Positions 10,171 to 24,990 of a DNA stretch of 64,000 nucleotides are shown one piece after another. Source of the DNA: Vicugna vicugna. Its lineage: Eukaryota. Positions within the stretch are counted from its first letter, which is position 1, and each line of letters opens with the position of its first letter. Under the pieces are notes generated by a model. It was given only the letters and a program-made list of their open reading frames with translations. It made no database searches and was not told the DNA's origin. The DNA is taken from contig MU058449.1 of NCBI GenBank assembly GCA_013265495.1, positions 420,176 to 484,175 of the forward strand. The letters are read 5' to 3'. The translations under genes were made by a program, and so were the position numbers.

Positions 10171-13100
10171 GCATCTGAGCCCATTTGAGTTTGTGGCCCC
10201 TGAATAGACAGCCTCTGTTTTACTGTTATGAGTTGATTCACGCTACAACTTTCCTGGAGAATAAATTTGTGCATGAGCCCCTCTGCTTAGTTCAGTACCT
10301 CAAAGGAAGGCTGATGAAACAAAGGATGGGAGTGCAGAGGCAGCAGGCCTATATTCTCAACAAGCCTTAGAAATCGGTGATACATGAGCAATTTTCCATG
10401 CTGTTCAAAGTCATCTTAAATGCATTATGTCATTTTACTTTTACGAAGCCCCGTGGAACACTTGCCTCCTAATGGTTATGGTAAACTTTGTAAAGTTTTA
10501 CAAAATTACAAACTTTGTAATTACACTTGTGTTCCAATTTCAGCTCCTTGAATTCATAGAAGAATAGCTCTGAGAAACTAAAATGAACATTGTTCGCTTT
10601 TTTTCATATCTGTGTTATATGTATGATTACCTCCCTAAAATGTCCCTTATTGATCCAATAGAATAATGCCTGCAATGTAAAAAATACAGTATCTAATAGA
10701 TGCTTGATTCATCTTAATTTATTTTATGTTTGTAAATAGATTAATAAGGATGTAGAATTTAGCCCAAAGATGTTAGAGGTCATTTATTTTATTTCTCCTC
10801 AAAGGCAGACGTGAGTTTCTTTTCCTCCATTCCCTCTTTTATTTTCCATCCTGTAATCAGACAAGTTAAAAAATGCTGACAGAATTTAATTTTGTTGCAA
10901 ACTAATCCCTGGATATATCTTAAATGTTTAGTATTATAAAATAAATACTATAAATAGTATAAAATAGTATTAAAAACTTAATAGTATAAATAGTATAAAC
11001 TGTCAGTGCACTATAGTCTTTGGGGATTAGTATGGACTGTAATCAATTTATACTGATTCTATTGGCTGCCTTAAATTTATATAGAAATTATTTACCAGAA
11101 AAATAATAATACTCCCTTATCTTCTCCTTTTCTCTTTTTCTTTATTCACTCATTGGGACATCAAACAAATATATGAAAATGCATGATGTCTGCCAAGTAT
11201 GAATTTGTAATATAATAAAGGAGAAAGACGTACAGAAATAAAAATACAACATGATGAGATAGAAGACATGTAAGTGCACATACCATAGGGACACTGAGGA
11301 AACATGTCAATGATGGCTCAAAGCAGCTAGAAAAATAATCTCAGAGGTACTGATACGTGCATAGAGTCTCAAGTTCTAACTAAGTTCTTGAGGTTTTATG
11401 TGTGAAAAAATACCAGGAAGAACAAAGACACAGGGTCACCACTTGCATGAATTGAGTAAGTGATAAATTCTCTATGAGAGAGACATGAAAAGATATCTCA
11501 ACAGGTTAGAAAAACCTCTTAATATTTTAAAAGGCATGAAAAGCCTCATCTCATTTGTAATTTCTTGGTTTATATTTTTGTGATGAATACCATTGTAACT
11601 CTGCATTATTTATTTACTTACTTTAAACTATATAGGTAACATATGAATATATAGAATGCACTGGCACTGTTAAAAAAGTTAAACCATAGTGATACAGCTA
11701 AATTACACTGTTTATATTCTTTCCACCTACCCCACATTTTCCAAAGTATATCCTTTAGATTGTTTCCTATGTTTATAAAATTCTTAGTATAGATCTGTTT
11801 TATATATATACACATACATATACACTACATATGTTTAATTTTTGCATGTGTATAGTGTTAGTGTCAAATTTCTGTTTCATTTTTCATTTGGATGCTTTCT
11901 ATGTCAGTTTATATACATATATTGCATTCATTCTATGTGCTTCCAAGTACTCAAAAATATAAATATGCCACAGGTTTTTTAACTTGATATTACTTTATAG
12001 ATGCACATTTTCAATGCTTCCATATTTCTTCTATTATAGGCAATTTTACAGTGAGAATCACTGTATATACTTCCATGTATACATGTGAACATTATTCCCT
12101 AGGATGACAGAGTTAAATTGATTAGCCAAAACTTTTGTTTTATAAGAATGACTACTATACATTTTTTCTCTAAAAGTCGGGTCAACTTTTGCCTACCAGT
12201 TATGCATACTAGTTCCTCTTTAACCTAAACTTCACTAATGCTTGTTATCAAAAATCTTGATACTCTATTGGCTAAAAATATGAAATGTGATTTGTATCAT
12301 ACTCATTTTAATTTTTAATTTCCTGATTGTAGTTAAGGATAATATCCATTTTAAGTGATTGGACATTTGCATTCACTTCAGTGTGAACTTTTTTGTACAC
12401 ACCTATCAACTGATTTTCTACTGGGACAATATATTTAAGCTGTTTAAAGGGAAAGGAGAAATAGAAAGAGTAAAACTCAAAATGAATGAGAAATATGAGA
12501 ATGATGCTGGAAACACAACTATAGATAAAAGGATATATTTTCATTTGAGGATAAGAAAAGGATAAAAGACTTTCCAAAGCCAAAGCTCCTTGACTCACAT
12601 ATCCAGCTGTTCTCATGCTCAAAGGAAAATATCCATCTCTAGAGACTTGGAGGGTAAAATAGACAAAGTAAGCAAAATCTTTGACTACAAATCTTCAGCA
12701 AAGTAAAAGGCAAAAACATGTATCACTATTGTAAATCGATACTGATACCTAGTCTGCTAAATAAATATTCCAGTCTACTTTAGTGGATGCTGATTTGAGG
12801 GCTATTTTTCAGATCAATAAGGCTCCATAATCTACAAGTATCTATACTAGAGGGTAGAGCAAAAGGAGTATCTCAAGAAGAGGGCTATTTAATTGTGTTT
12901 CTAAGAGGGAAAAGAAAACAAACTATGTGTTAAGGAAGCAATATACCTTTCAAAATATTGCTCTAAAAGAAGTCTTAAGAAATGGAACAAGTAGAATCAG
13001 CAGGTCACAGTATGGGTTGTGGGTAAGGATCGGCCAACATAGGAGAGGTACGCAGAGCAAAGGAAAGCTTATAAAAGAAAGCTCTGATGAAACAGACTAC

Positions 13101-13925
13101 CTAAAGAGTGAACTTAATCAAAAGCAAGTCATAAAGTCATTTCACTAATTGAATTAATGTGAGAAAGTGAAGGAAGCTCAGAATACAGGTTATAATAATA
13201 TCGTAATTCTTGCCCACTAAGGTCCCAAGTAAATACAAATTCAGGGGCCAGTGGAGAGTCACGAGCAAAGCAATGAGCTGTTCATTTGCTGAAACACTAT
13301 CATCAGGCCCACTGTTACCATCCTAAATGAATTCTTTGTTGATCTGAATGAATCCCCTAAATGAACCCCCTTCTGATCATTGCACAGTAATCAACATATC
13401 CTCCCCAAATTTGGTGTTTAAGTCTCAAAGCTGCCCTCTGTCACTTGGCATGTCCTCAAAATATTATAACTAAAATCTAAAAAAAAATCTATTTTCTATT
13501 CAAAACCTTCCATCATCCCTCCCATTTCACTCTAGTTTGTATCTTATCATTGCACTTTTGTTACTAAGCCATCCAAAGAAATGATTCTTAGTTTTCTTCA
13601 GCTTTCAACTAATACCTGTTTCTTCTAAATGGAAGATTTTTGATTTTCATGTATTTAAACTCCAGTTTTTAGTATCTACATATTTTCCCTCACTTAGCAT
13701 CTATAGAACAGCCACACTGAAAATTACAACTCTGAAATATTTCACACTTAGGTGATGAAATTATTTCTGTCTAAATATTTACAGACATTGTTTTTATTCC
13801 ATGGACTGCAATTCCCTGTATTTTGGCTTACTTAGCTTACCAAGGGCTTCAAAATTTATAAGTTATTATTTGTTTGCTTTAGAGGAAAATTTATGAAAAG
13901 AAAACTGAAACATCTAATGCTGATT

Positions 13926-14876
13926 ATGTCAGCATACAATAAAACCGATGTCCATCCATCAACCTTCATTCTCATTGGCATTCCTGGGTTGGAGGCGGCC
14001 CACATCTGGATCTCCATCCCTTTTTGTGTCGTCTACCTTTTGGCCCTACTGGGAAACTTTTCTCTTCTCTTAATTGTCAAGACCGACTCCAGCCTCCATG
14101 AGCCAATGTACCTCTTCCTCTGTATGCTGGCTGTGGCTGACCTCATTGTGTGCACTACAGCTGTGCCCAAACTTCTCAGCCTTTTCTGGTTCCATGATGG
14201 TGAGATTCGCTTTGAAGCCTGCCTCACTCAAGTGTTCCTGATTCACTCTTGCTCCACCATGGAGTCTGGCTTCTTCCTGGCCATGGCTTTTGACCGTTAT
14301 ATAGCCATTTGCAATCCATTAAGACATTCAGCTATTCTGACACATTCTTCAGTTGTGGGTATGGGCCTAGCTATTGTACTCCGGGGCACAGCACTTCTCA
14401 GTCCTCACCCCTTCCTGCTACAGTGGCTTCCTTACTGCAGGACCAATGTCATTTCCCACACCTATTGTGAGTTCATGGCCCTCATCAAGATTGCCTGTGC
14501 TGAGACAAGAATTCGCAGAGCCTACAGCCTCATTGTTGCATTTCTTACAGGAGGAGTAGACTTCATATTGATCATTTGTTCTTATGTCCTTATACTCCAC
14601 ACTGTCTTCCACCTCCCATCCAAGGATGCCCGACTCAAGACCTTGGGTACTTGTAGCTCCCATGTGTGTGTGATCTTGGTGTCCTATACTCCGGCTTTCT
14701 TCTCTTTTCTTACCCACAGATTTGGGCACCAGGTGGCACCCCATGTCCACATATTTGTGGCTAATATCTATCTTCTCATCCCACCCATGGTGAACCCTAT
14801 CATCTATGGGGTAAGGACCAAGAAAATACGGGATAGGTTTCTTAAATTTTTCAATCTTTCAAAGCCTCTTAACTAA
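13926..14876 (+). CDS. OR52S1: Olfactory receptor, class I family 52 (OR52S-like), intact, 316 aa from MSAYNKT (alternative in-frame ATGs at 13893 and 13917)
   Basis: N-glycosylation site NKT, then [54 protein letters not shown] and [17 protein letters not shown]. Acceptor tttgtttgctttAG lies at 13881-13882. The subfamily symbol is from recalled similarity and gene order and is less certain than the OR52 call. Confidence 0.93.
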   Translation: MSAYNKTDVHPSTFILIGIPGLEAAHIWISIPFCVVYLLALLGNFSLLLIVKTDSSLHEPMYLFLCMLAVADLIVCTTAVPKLLSLFWFHDGEIRFEACLTQVFLIHSCSTMESGFFLAMAFDRYIAICNPLRHSAILTHSSVVGMGLAIVLRGTALLSPHPFLLQWLPYCRTNVISHTYCEFMALIKIACAETRIRRAYSLIVAFLTGGVDFILIICSYVLILHTVFHLPSKDARLKTLGTCSSHVCVILVSYTPAFFSFLTHRFGHQVAPHVHIFVANIYLLIPPMVNPIIYGVRTKKIRDRFLKFFNLSKPLN

Positions 14877-16255
14877 ATCCTTTTTAAAAAAATTTTTGGG
14901 TATGTAATATCTGAACAAACTTTATGTTATATACCTTTGTGGTTTCTTTATCAAGATATTTTAATTGTTTGAGGGATAATAAGGTTTTTCTATGGGAAGT
15001 AACTCACCCAAAGAAGAGCTATCACATTATCTCATCTCATCTATGTTGCAATAATGAAGCAAATATATTACCATGTTAGTGTCTTTTTCAAAATAGTAAA
15101 ATATTGTTTGAAAAAGATAGAGAATCATATGAGGCTAAAAACAAGAGAAACTTAAAATCAACATGATGTATAATTATATACCTGTGGTTTATTGTATAAG
15201 ACTTACTACTAGATTTAGAAGTTTCCTTTTTTTTTTCGCCCCAGTTCTTCCTTCTTGACTAAATGTTCTTCTTTCATCCTTTAACACTTTCTTAGTGAGA
15301 GTCTCTTGATGCTAACTTCTCTGTTATCTGTTCATCTAAAGTTTTCTTCTCGAATGGTACTTTTCTAGCTACACAGTTCCATTCTCCAGTTACTATATTT
15401 TGTTAGCCTCTTGAAGTCATAACCCTATAGTCTTCTGGAATCTATTATTACTTTGAAGAGGTTTGCTATTGACCAAATTGTCATTAATTTGTAATCTTTT
15501 CACTATGTCACTAAATCCTTTTGCTTTTTTTGATGTTCTGTAGATTCACAAGGATAAATCTCATAGGCATTATACTAATTGATAAAAATCAGACACAGAA
15601 GACTACATACTGTATGATTCTGTTTAAATGAAACTCTAGAGACAGCAAAACTATGGTAGGGTAGTGTTCAGGCATCTATGTTTTAAAGTTTTTTCTGTAG
15701 TTCATAAACAGCTAAAATTGAGCTGCAACTGTGCAAATTGAGGTACAAAGAAATTAGTTAACCAAAGAGAAAATATTTCAGTCAAGTACTTCACCTCTAA
15801 AGCTAAAAATGTAGAGAGAAAAAAATGTGAAGAGAGGTAACATTTGTTAAGCATTGCCTGGTACCAAGCTCATCATTGTGTATTTTATATAATCACTTAA
15901 CCTTTACAATATTTTCTAAAGTTAATTATCATATATACCCATATGATAAATAGCTCAACAAACTCATATTCAATTTGCTAGGATTTAAGTCTGTCTAGCT
16001 CTAAAACCATAATTTTCCTCTAATCTTACAATGATTCCATCTATAGGTTTATATTCTTAACCACTACACTTTATTTAGTTACATTACACACTGCTATATC
16101 AACATGACAAGTACTGTGATAGAAGTACAAAATAGGTAATTAACCAAGGCTATAATGTTTAGAAAGTCAAAACCTATTCCATCAGGACATCAGGAACATT
16201 AGATAAATAATTAAACAAAGATAACTAAACAAAATTGTGGATTAGGTCAAGTTGG

Positions 16256-16278
16256 GGTGTGTGTGTGTGTGTGTGTGT
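16256..16278. repeat. (GT)n microsatellite
   Basis: Directly visible. Confidence 0.9.
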
Positions 16279-16679
16279 TTGGGAGAGATGTCTAGTTTTG
16301 AGTTAGCCAATTCTGTATCCAACCATCTCACTTCATAAAAATTATTCCATTCTTTCCATCTGACAATGAACCATTTTGATTAATAATCAAGTTTCAACTT
16401 TCCAGAATGATTCTCAATATTTAAAGCTTGAATAATCCTTGAAGTCTCTTAAAAATGCAGATTACTCAGGCCTACTCTGAAACTATTAGGTTCAAAACTT
16501 CTGTGGTGTATCCCATGGATAAAATCTCATTTAAATTTCATAAGTCATCCTGAATATTTATGATTCAGTGGTCCACGGTTCATTCTTTGATAAATACAGT
16601 TGTAGGAAGCTGAGAATGGACATATAGATGTCCTTCCATTTAGAAGATACAACACGATTTAAAATTCCTACCAGGGCTT

Positions 16680-17830
16680 ACTTACAGTTTTTAATTAGAA
16701 TATAGAAAGTTGGAAAGAATATCACTCAAAACTTTATGAAAAAATATGCTGGATAATCAAAATTCACCATTTTCTTGACTATGTCAGATAGTTGAAATCA
16801 GAGAACATCCAACTAACACAAAATCTAAGGAAAAATAGGCAGCTTCAAAGAGAGATGGAACATGATCCCATACTCACCAGGACTGGATGCCAGGTGCCAT
16901 ACAAGCCTGTAAAAAGAATTGACTAAAATTTTTAAACAATTTCTCACAGCAAAGCATGGATCTGTGTAAGAATAGAAAATGCCTGGGAGACATGTGTATA
17001 TGACATGAGTGGAAATTTACACCCACTCAAGTTTTTCTCCCTTGACCTCAAACAGATACTCATGGAAAGTCTGAGGGCAGGAGTAGAGGCCCAAAAAGGC
17101 CTTCATCGTGAGATAATCTGGTGGAAGGGAGTAGCAGCCACTGGAGGATGGAACTGCACCTCACCCAAGTTTTCCTCCCTCTAAGGAACAAGGGAAGACC
17201 CCACTGCCCCTGAGGGAAAGGAGCAGAAACAAACTCTGTAACCCCGGAACAAAGCAGGTTCATCAGAAGTGTCCTACAGCACTAGGGGAGAGGCAGATCA
17301 CTGAGAAGTCTCCACTTTCAAGACCCAGGAACACAGCACCTGCCTAAGACAGGCTGAAGGAGAAAAATCAGGAAGATAAATCCTGCTCCCACCACCAGAT
17401 GAGCTGGGTTCATGTAACAAGTATCTGCGCTCTACTCCTGAGGGAGTGTCGAGACCATGAAGCGTGGTCTTGTCTGTGGCACAGGAACAAAGGGATGATC
17501 TAATGCTGATAGTGGGGTAGATATTAGAAAAGTCTTCTGACTCATCAGCCCTCACCCTGAGTAAGAGGTAAAGTGAGAGGGATATGAATCCTGTGATGCA
17601 GTCACCGAGGACATTCAAAGCAACAGCAGGAAGCAATGGATGACCTGATAGTCCTTTAACAATTAAAGAAGTTTAATCTACAGTGAGCAATCTTCTAACA
17701 CACACAGAAAAATTCCAGGCCCCAGTGGCTGCACTGGTGAATTCTACCAAACTTTTAAAGGCTAAATACCAGTTCTTCCACAAATTACCCAAAACATATA
17801 AAGAGAGTGAACACTGTCCAAATCATTCAA
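16680..17830 (+). mobile_element. Highly degraded ancient L1 5'-region and ORF2 fragments
   Basis: 17700-17830 (ccaggccccagtggctgcactggtgaattctaccaaactttta) resembles the ORF2 [15 protein letters not shown] region. The upstream part resembles old L1M 5'UTR. Boundaries are approximate. Confidence 0.45.
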
Positions 17831-19121
17831 GAAAAAGTTGGGGCTATATAGTTAGAGTCTATTTCATAAGTAGAATAAATGGATAAATAAGGATGAGTTT
17901 GGGGCCACAATAGGGTCCTAGAAAAGCCACAACATAACTGATTGTTCTCAAATTTCAAGTTGTGTGTGATATTAATTAATACAAACTCCCTCTAAGAATT
18001 TATGAAATAATATTTTCTATTGCAATAAAAGTAAGTAGGATTTTTTTCTAAAGCACATTCTACAGAATATGAGTGTCATAGGATGGTCTAAGGAGCAGTC
18101 TGAAGCCAATATAATTTTAAAGTTTAAAATGAATATTTGTAATTATAAGCTCTGAGGAGTCTTGCAATAGAAATATAGTTAAAAATTTAGCTTTAATGGC
18201 CAAGATTTACAAACATACTTTCCCTTGAATCCTTTCTACAAATAATGTCAATAATGTATATAGAAATAGAGAATAATTAGTGATATCACATGGAACTAGA
18301 GTTCCATCTTAAACACAAACATATGCACACACACATACATGGGGTGGGGGGATAATGCTGGCCTTGTAATATCACTAAGACTTTCAACATTACATTAGAG
18401 TGAAACTCTTCTGTGGTGTGGCAAAAAACACAGAGACAACTGTGTGAAAAAGAATTTTCTTTGAAAAAAGGTATCAGCAATCCAGGCTCTGCGAGAACTC
18501 ATCCAGTAAATGAGAAACACAGTTCAGCTTTAAAATTAAAAATAAACTACACACTGACAAAGATGGCCAAGTTTCTTCAGTTCTGTTCATGGAAAATTCC
18601 CACCTTCACACATGACATAGTCACAATGTCAGTTTCATATACTCCAGCATGAACATGGCAAAGCAAGAATAGCATACTTTTTGACAGGGAGTCCAGGCAT
18701 ATGGGAACTGCTCCAGCATCTACTATTTTGGGACCAGCACTAGTCAGTGTAACTCATTTATTTTAGTTTAAGTCAGGATATGAATGGCTTTTTTGTTTGC
18801 TTGTTATTTGTGGGGAGGAGATGCAGTTTAGTTTTAAACTGATGATGACTATCGAATGTGATTGACTCAGTCATAATGGAAGCCGAATAGAGTGTTGGTT
18901 TTCTTCTACATGAGGAATCTAAATTATTTCCAAACAATGGAAAGTTATAAAACAGTTTTATTTATGCATTTGACATGTGCTTAACTTTCCATTGTGGATT
19001 TGAGAAGGAAGCTGACAGGCCTCCCTTAAGATGGGTCCGCATAACTTCCAAATGTCCCTTTTCCATTCTGAAAATAGAGAATTGGTGCCACTCCCTTCTT
19101 AAATTTGAGTATTTACAAGAG

Positions 19122-20063
19122 CTATATTTTTTTCTTGGAAAATACTTTCAGCATTTTTTCTCTAATCTGTTTAGTTCTGACACCATAGATTACAGGGTTG
19201 AGAGCAGGTGGAATAACTACATAGAAATTGGCCAAAAGGATGTGGATGTAGCGTGGTATATTCTCGCCAAATCTGTGGGTCATGAATGAAAAAAATGCAG
19301 GAGTGTAGAAAGCCAACATGACACACACATGAGAGCCACAGGTGCTGAGGGCTTTGAGCCGAGCATCATGGGAAGGGAGTTGAAAGACAGCACGAAGGAT
19401 GTGGACATAAGAGATGACAATGGCTATGATGTCAAACACTAGTGTAGAGATGGCACATAAGCCATAGATGATGTTGACCTTGATGTTGGCACAAGACAGG
19501 CGGGCAATGCCCATGTGCTCACAATAAGTGTGACGGATAATTTGGTGTCCACAAAATGGTAACCGTATGATAAGTAGAACAAATGGTATGGCAAGAGACA
19601 AAGGTTTTAGGAGGATGACCAATGAAATGATGAATACCACCTTATTTGTCAGCACCAACGTGTAGCGAAGAGGGTTACAGATGGCCACATAGCGATCATA
19701 GGCCATGGCCACGAGCACAGCCGACTCCATGCCAGTGCATAGGTGGATGAAGAACATCTGGATGAGGCAGCCCTCAAAGGAGATTTCTCCCATCTTGAAC
19801 CAGAAGATGCCAAGCATCTTGGGGATGGTGGATGTGGACAGGCCCAGGTCAATAGATGACAGAATGGCCAGGAAGTAGAACATGGGCTGATGGAGGCGAT
19901 TCTCAGTCTGAATCACAGAAAGGATGCTGATATTTCCAAGGACAGCTGTCAGGTACACAGCAAAGAAAGGAAAACCAATCCAGATATGCAGATGTTCCAG
20001 CCCAGGTATCCCCAAAAGGAGGAAAGAGTAGGGATGAAATAGGGTGGCATTAAGTGAGGGCAT
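19122..20063 (-). CDS. OR52E1: Olfactory receptor 52E1-like, intact, 313 aa from MPSLNAT
   Basis: [87 protein letters not shown] and [17 protein letters not shown]. These closely match the recalled human OR52E1 sequence. ATG at 20063 has AGG context. Confidence 0.95.
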   Translation of the reverse strand: MPSLNATLFHPYSFLLLGIPGLEHLHIWIGFPFFAVYLTAVLGNISILSVIQTENRLHQPMFYFLAILSSIDLGLSTSTIPKMLGIFWFKMGEISFEGCLIQMFFIHLCTGMESAVLVAMAYDRYVAICNPLRYTLVLTNKVVFIISLVILLKPLSLAIPFVLLIIRLPFCGHQIIRHTYCEHMGIARLSCANIKVNIIYGLCAISTLVFDIIAIVISYVHILRAVFQLPSHDARLKALSTCGSHVCVMLAFYTPAFFSFMTHRFGENIPRYIHILLANFYVVIPPALNPVIYGVRTKQIREKMLKVFSKKKI

Positions 20064-21384
20064 CCTTCTGGGAGCGTTTCTATAGTTAAATGTATCATAG
20101 GTCAAGATCCTCTCATTCATGGAATAGTTTCCATCCTTACTCAGTGCACTCAGAGAAAGTGAAGAAATCAGTGAAACTCCTACCATATCTGCTGCATTGT
20201 TGCATCACAGAGGCTGGAAAGTTTATAAAAATTAATAGTAAAATGTAGTGACAAGATTTCAATATACTTCATCAAATCCATTCAATGGCATTTAATATTT
20301 TACTTCAACAAACATTGACTAGGTATCTACCATATATGCACCAAATTTTATGCTAAGACTGATGCAAAAGATAAGTTAAAGAAGGTTCTTTTCCTTACAG
20401 AATTTAAATTTTTAATGATTAGAACAGTCATACAAATCAGCCACTCAAATTAGTAAAATAGTTGTCAGGAAAAAGTTTTTCCCTTGCTACTTGGGTACAC
20501 AAAATTTTTTTCTAGATATCTTTTATTATTATTTCATAGAAAAATTGGTTGATTCATGACTGTATACTTTAGGTACAAAATGAGAATACATCTTAAACAT
20601 GATGACAAATTTATGGTATGTGAATTATATCTCAATAAAGCTGTTTTTCAAAAACTTAAAAAGAAAACACCATGATGACAACCATTATTATTCTGAATGT
20701 ACCACATTTCTGAGTGGAACATATGTAATACATTCTTAAAAGGAACCATAAATGTAACAAACAAGAGCTTTCTAAGACAACTTTCGATCTATGCAGGCCT
20801 CTCACTGTTTAAGCTACCCAAAACCATTTCTCATGTCATAGTCATCTTCTGACTTTTCCTTTCTTGTTGGTACCAATATCAAAAAATAACCTGGCATTGA
20901 AATTTTATTAATGAAGCCACAGAGGACTTCATCTCAGGATAATCTTCTTAATCTGGGTCTGCTTAGTATGGATGGTACATATCCCTCTTCATTTCTGTTC
21001 TGATGGTAGGCATATGGGGCCTTGCCATTTAAGTGTCTTCCTGTCAAGAAAAAAAACACAGATTTACACACACACAGATTAATGTTCAGGTTTATAAAAT
21101 ACCACAAAATTGTCAGGTAAAATGAGTTAATTTATAACTGTCACTCCTTGAAACCAAATCCACTATTTTTTTAACTATACTAAGTTGTCACCGTTATGTA
21201 TCACCTTAATAAGTTTAAGTACACTGTAATCAAGAGTGCTATCTTTCTCTTTCTCATGCTATATTCTGTCTCTCTATCAATAGACTATAGGCAGATATAG
21301 ATAAATAGGTTTATACATATGCAAAACAAGTTCAAGCTGCATTAGACAGATAAACCATAATAGAACAGTATTTCTGGGCATGAA

Positions 21385-21387
<3 letters not shown>

Positions 21388-21418
<31 letters not shown>
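21388..21418. repeat. (GT)n microsatellite
   Basis: Directly visible. Confidence 0.9.
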
Positions 21419-21421
<3 letters not shown>

Positions 21422-21769
21422 AAAGGGTATATTGCTGCTTGAGTCTTGGACACATTGCTTCAGAAATTATAGAAAGGAGAATATGATCCCAGATACAGGA
21501 AGGAGATAACAAATGTGAGTTAAGATGATTAGTCAAAGGCAAATAAATTACTAGATGAGGAGGGATATCAAGAAAAAAAATAAGAACTATGTAGAAAACA
21601 TCCCTAATTTGAAAGAGGATGGCCATATGCAAGGAGTGGTGTTTAAATTCAGGGAATTTCAGAAGGAGATGAAATTGAATCCTATAATCAGATTTCCTTT
21701 CTGTGACTTGGGTTCAGCTAACTTAGAACTTAGTGTTTGGAAAATGGCCTAATACTTAGACATAGACAT

Positions 21770-21910
21770 TAGGAATTGAAGCCAAGTTCTGTTGCTCATT
21801 GTCATGTGAATTTGATGAAAACATATCCCTTCTTTGAGTCTGAGATTCCTCACCTGTGAAATGAGGCTAACAATGCCTATGTTGCTGGTTGTTGCAAGGT
21901 TTTCATGGCC
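21770..21910 (+). mobile_element. MIR SINE remnant
   Basis: MIR core-like: ccttctttgagtctgagattcctcacctgtgaaatgaggctaacaatgcctat...ggttgttgcaagg. Confidence 0.6.
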
Positions 21911-23391
21911 CAAGATGGTTCATAAAAATAGCATAGTTATAGTTACTGGTTTACCTGATGATATGAACATCGTGAACTTGGTTCTGACATATCTCAGCTT
22001 GTCAGGTAATTCTTACAGCTGACTTTAAGTCCTGATCCTCACTTCATCTGCATATTAATTTTATGATAGAGTGTATATATTTATAATGAAGTAAATCTGA
22101 TTACCTTTATCCCTAGACATTTTCACAGATATTTTCATTACATACTTGATGATTCCACCATTACAAAATGATTAGGACTACCTTCTGGTTGGAGGAAAAC
22201 AGCAAGTTGTTTGGTTGTGTTTTCCTACATTGTAACTGGTGAGGGATAATTTCTAAATAATTTAAAGTAAGTTCAACTGAATATAGGCTCAGGACTGGGG
22301 CAGGCACCCAAACTTTAAATTAGATTAGAGAGGACTGAAGGAGCCATAGCAGTGAGAAAGAGAAAGAAAACATGAAGAGAAGGAACTTTGATAGATCAAT
22401 AAATAGGATTCAGATCAGCGGAAAGTGCATAGAAACAAATGACAAAGATGTTAAGAGATACATGAGCCCCATATGGAGATTAGAAAAAAATGAAGGCAGT
22501 GGTTGCTCAAGTGTATGTAAGAGATTATGCCAACACATTCTTACAGATTATTCCATGATCCCCTCCCCTCAGTCAGAAGGTTTTCCTTTCACCTACCACT
22601 TTTTACCTTGTGCTCAGTTGGCCACAAATAAAGATCCACGCTTCTAAAACCTTACATAGCAGCAGAGACTCCTGGAGATGTTAGCAAAACTCCCCTAGCA
22701 TCCTTCTGAACTCCATTTGCTTAGGAGGGGGGTTATTTTGTGCTGTGGCTACAGCCTCCAGAGTGAGAACTTTGTATTGGAACACCTTAGGGATAAGGGT
22801 AGCGACAAAGCTCTGAGGCCTGAATTAGCTCCTTTTCCAGTGAAATAAAATGCCACCAGACATAGATAGCCCATGTCTTTATTTCAAGACCCAGAATTTC
22901 AAATTTAGGATTAGTTTATTTCTAAGGGAAAATTATTATTATTATTTTTTAATCTTGTAAAATACTTAAATACTTTTTACAACAAGGTTCTTAGGATTGG
23001 TTCTAAGCTTATAATACTGAATGCTTCGAGATGGGTAGGACCGATCTAGGTCTCATGATCGATAAACTAATGGCTGTATTAAATCTGGGCATATCATCTT
23101 AGTATTGCATAACTACCATATTGACTCAATATTTAGTATAATTGAAGAGCTAAAAAATGAAGAAATACATAATCATTGCATCACAGTGACTCCATATTTA
23201 GCATTATCACACAATGCTAAAGTGAAGAAATGCAATACAGTTTTACATCATACTGAAATCTATCATATCACTCTGGAAGAAACTTCCTGTCAGTAATGAA
23301 AAGAAGAGGTGAAAATCTAGAGGAGAGAAACTAGTCATTTTGCATTTTGTGATCATTCTCCCACTGACTACTTATATAAAACCATTAAATA

Positions 23392-24308
23392 TGTTTCTGT
23401 ACCCAGTTCCACCATGAAGGAAAAGGTGTTCCCCCCCCTGCCCCAACACCACCAAGCAATGCTCCAGACATCAACTGGGTATCCTATAGTTTAACTTAAT
23501 TTTGACACTATCTATCTAGAGATAGTGTCAGATCACACAGGTCAAGGCTTTAGTCTCACAAGATTGCCCCCTAACCCACTTCAGAAACCAGTCACAAATC
23601 CAATTATAATCTGTGCCTCTGACCACCTTATAAACCAGACTAGGTTGATTATAGTCTCTAAACTCAGTCCTTTAACTTTAGTGGTCAGTCACAAGTCCAG
23701 GTTGTTACAGGACTGGCTGACTGGTTTTAAATCAGAGGTTGCCATGATCCCTTCCTTGAGTTCAATTAATTTGCAGAGCAGCTCACAGAATGCAGAGAAA
23801 CATTTTACTTACTAGATTACTGCTTTAGTATAAATGGATATGACTCAGGAACAGCCAGGTGAAATAGATGTGTAGGACAAGGTACAGGGAAAGGACATGG
23901 AACTTTAATGCTGTCTTTAGGCATGCCACTCTCCCCAGATTTCCATATCTTCACCAACCCAGAAACCCCCCCAAGTTCCATTCTTTTGAATTTTTATGGA
24001 GGTTTCATTACACAGGCATGATTGATTAAGTCATTGGTCACTGGGGATTGAACTCGATCTCTAGACTGTCTCCCTTCCCAGGAGGTCAAGGGGTTGGGAC
24101 TGAAAGTTACAACTCTCTATTTACATTATGGCTCCGCTAGCAACCAGACTTCATCTTAGGTGGTGCCCAAAAGTTACCTCATTAACATAACAAAAGACAC
24201 ATTCATGACTCTCATCTGCTAGGAAATTCCAAGTGTTTTAGGAGCTCTGTGCCAGAAGCAGGGACTAAACTCAAATAATTGTTTCTTATTATAAATCTTA
24301 ATATCACA
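23392..24308 (-). mobile_element. Solo LTR, MER21-like (ERVL class)
   Basis: ~900 bp ending ttcttattataaatcttaatatcaca (TGTGATATT on the minus strand). It contains MER21-type segments such as tgacactatctatctagagatagtgtcagatc and ctaggaaattccaag. Confidence 0.75.
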
Positions 24309-24347
24309 ATTTATGTACAAATTCCTTTATCATCTCAATCTCAGTTG

Positions 24348-24990
24348 GTTTTATTAAGATATAATTGACCTATAACATTGTGTTAGTTAGAACTTGTTGA
24401 TTCAATACACTTGAATATTGTAATATGATTACCTTAGTAACACCTCCATCACATCACATAATTATCACTTTTTTGTGGTAAGAATATTTAAGAACTAATC
24501 TCTTTGCAATTTTAAAGTATATAATTGAGTATTGTTGACTGTACTCACCGTGCTGTGCATTAGATCCCCAGGACTTATTCATCTTCTAACTGCTAGTTTA
24601 TACCCTTTGATCAATGTCTCCCCAAGTCTCCACCCTCAGCCCCTGGTAACCACCATTCCACTTTCTGTTTCTATGACTTCATCTTTTTTAGATTCCACAT
24701 ATAAGTAATATCATAAAGCATTTGCCTTTTTCTGTCTGATTTATCCCTTAACTTAATGCTCTTAAGGTCTATCAATGTTGTCACAAATGGCAGGATTTCC
24801 TTCTTTCTTACAACTGAATAATATTCCATTATGTATATATACTACATTTTCTTCATACATTCATCAGTTGTTAGTTACTTAGGTTTTTTGTTTTTTCTGT
24901 ATCTTGGGTATTGTGAATGTCACTGCAGTAAACATGAGAATGCAGATATCTTTTTAATGTCTTGTTTTAATTTCCTTTGGATATATACCC
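24348..24990 (-). mobile_element. Old L1MA-type 3' end
   Basis: ttttattaagatataattgac...ccctggtaaccaccattc...tagattccacatataagt...tggcaggatttccttc...atttcctttggatatatacc. Confidence 0.8.

Noticed and set aside
10480..11000. Short AT-rich inverted repeats (10481-10526) and tagtataaa repeats (10929-11000)
   Set aside because: Low complexity with no regular repeat-spacer structure. Not CRISPR-like, and no function can be supported.
20064..20186. N-terminal extensions of OR ORFs (also 54084-54197 and 36837-36893)
   Set aside because: They cross likely splice acceptors or begin at a non-ATG codon. The downstream ATG just before the N-glycosylation site gives the typical ~310-aa OR.
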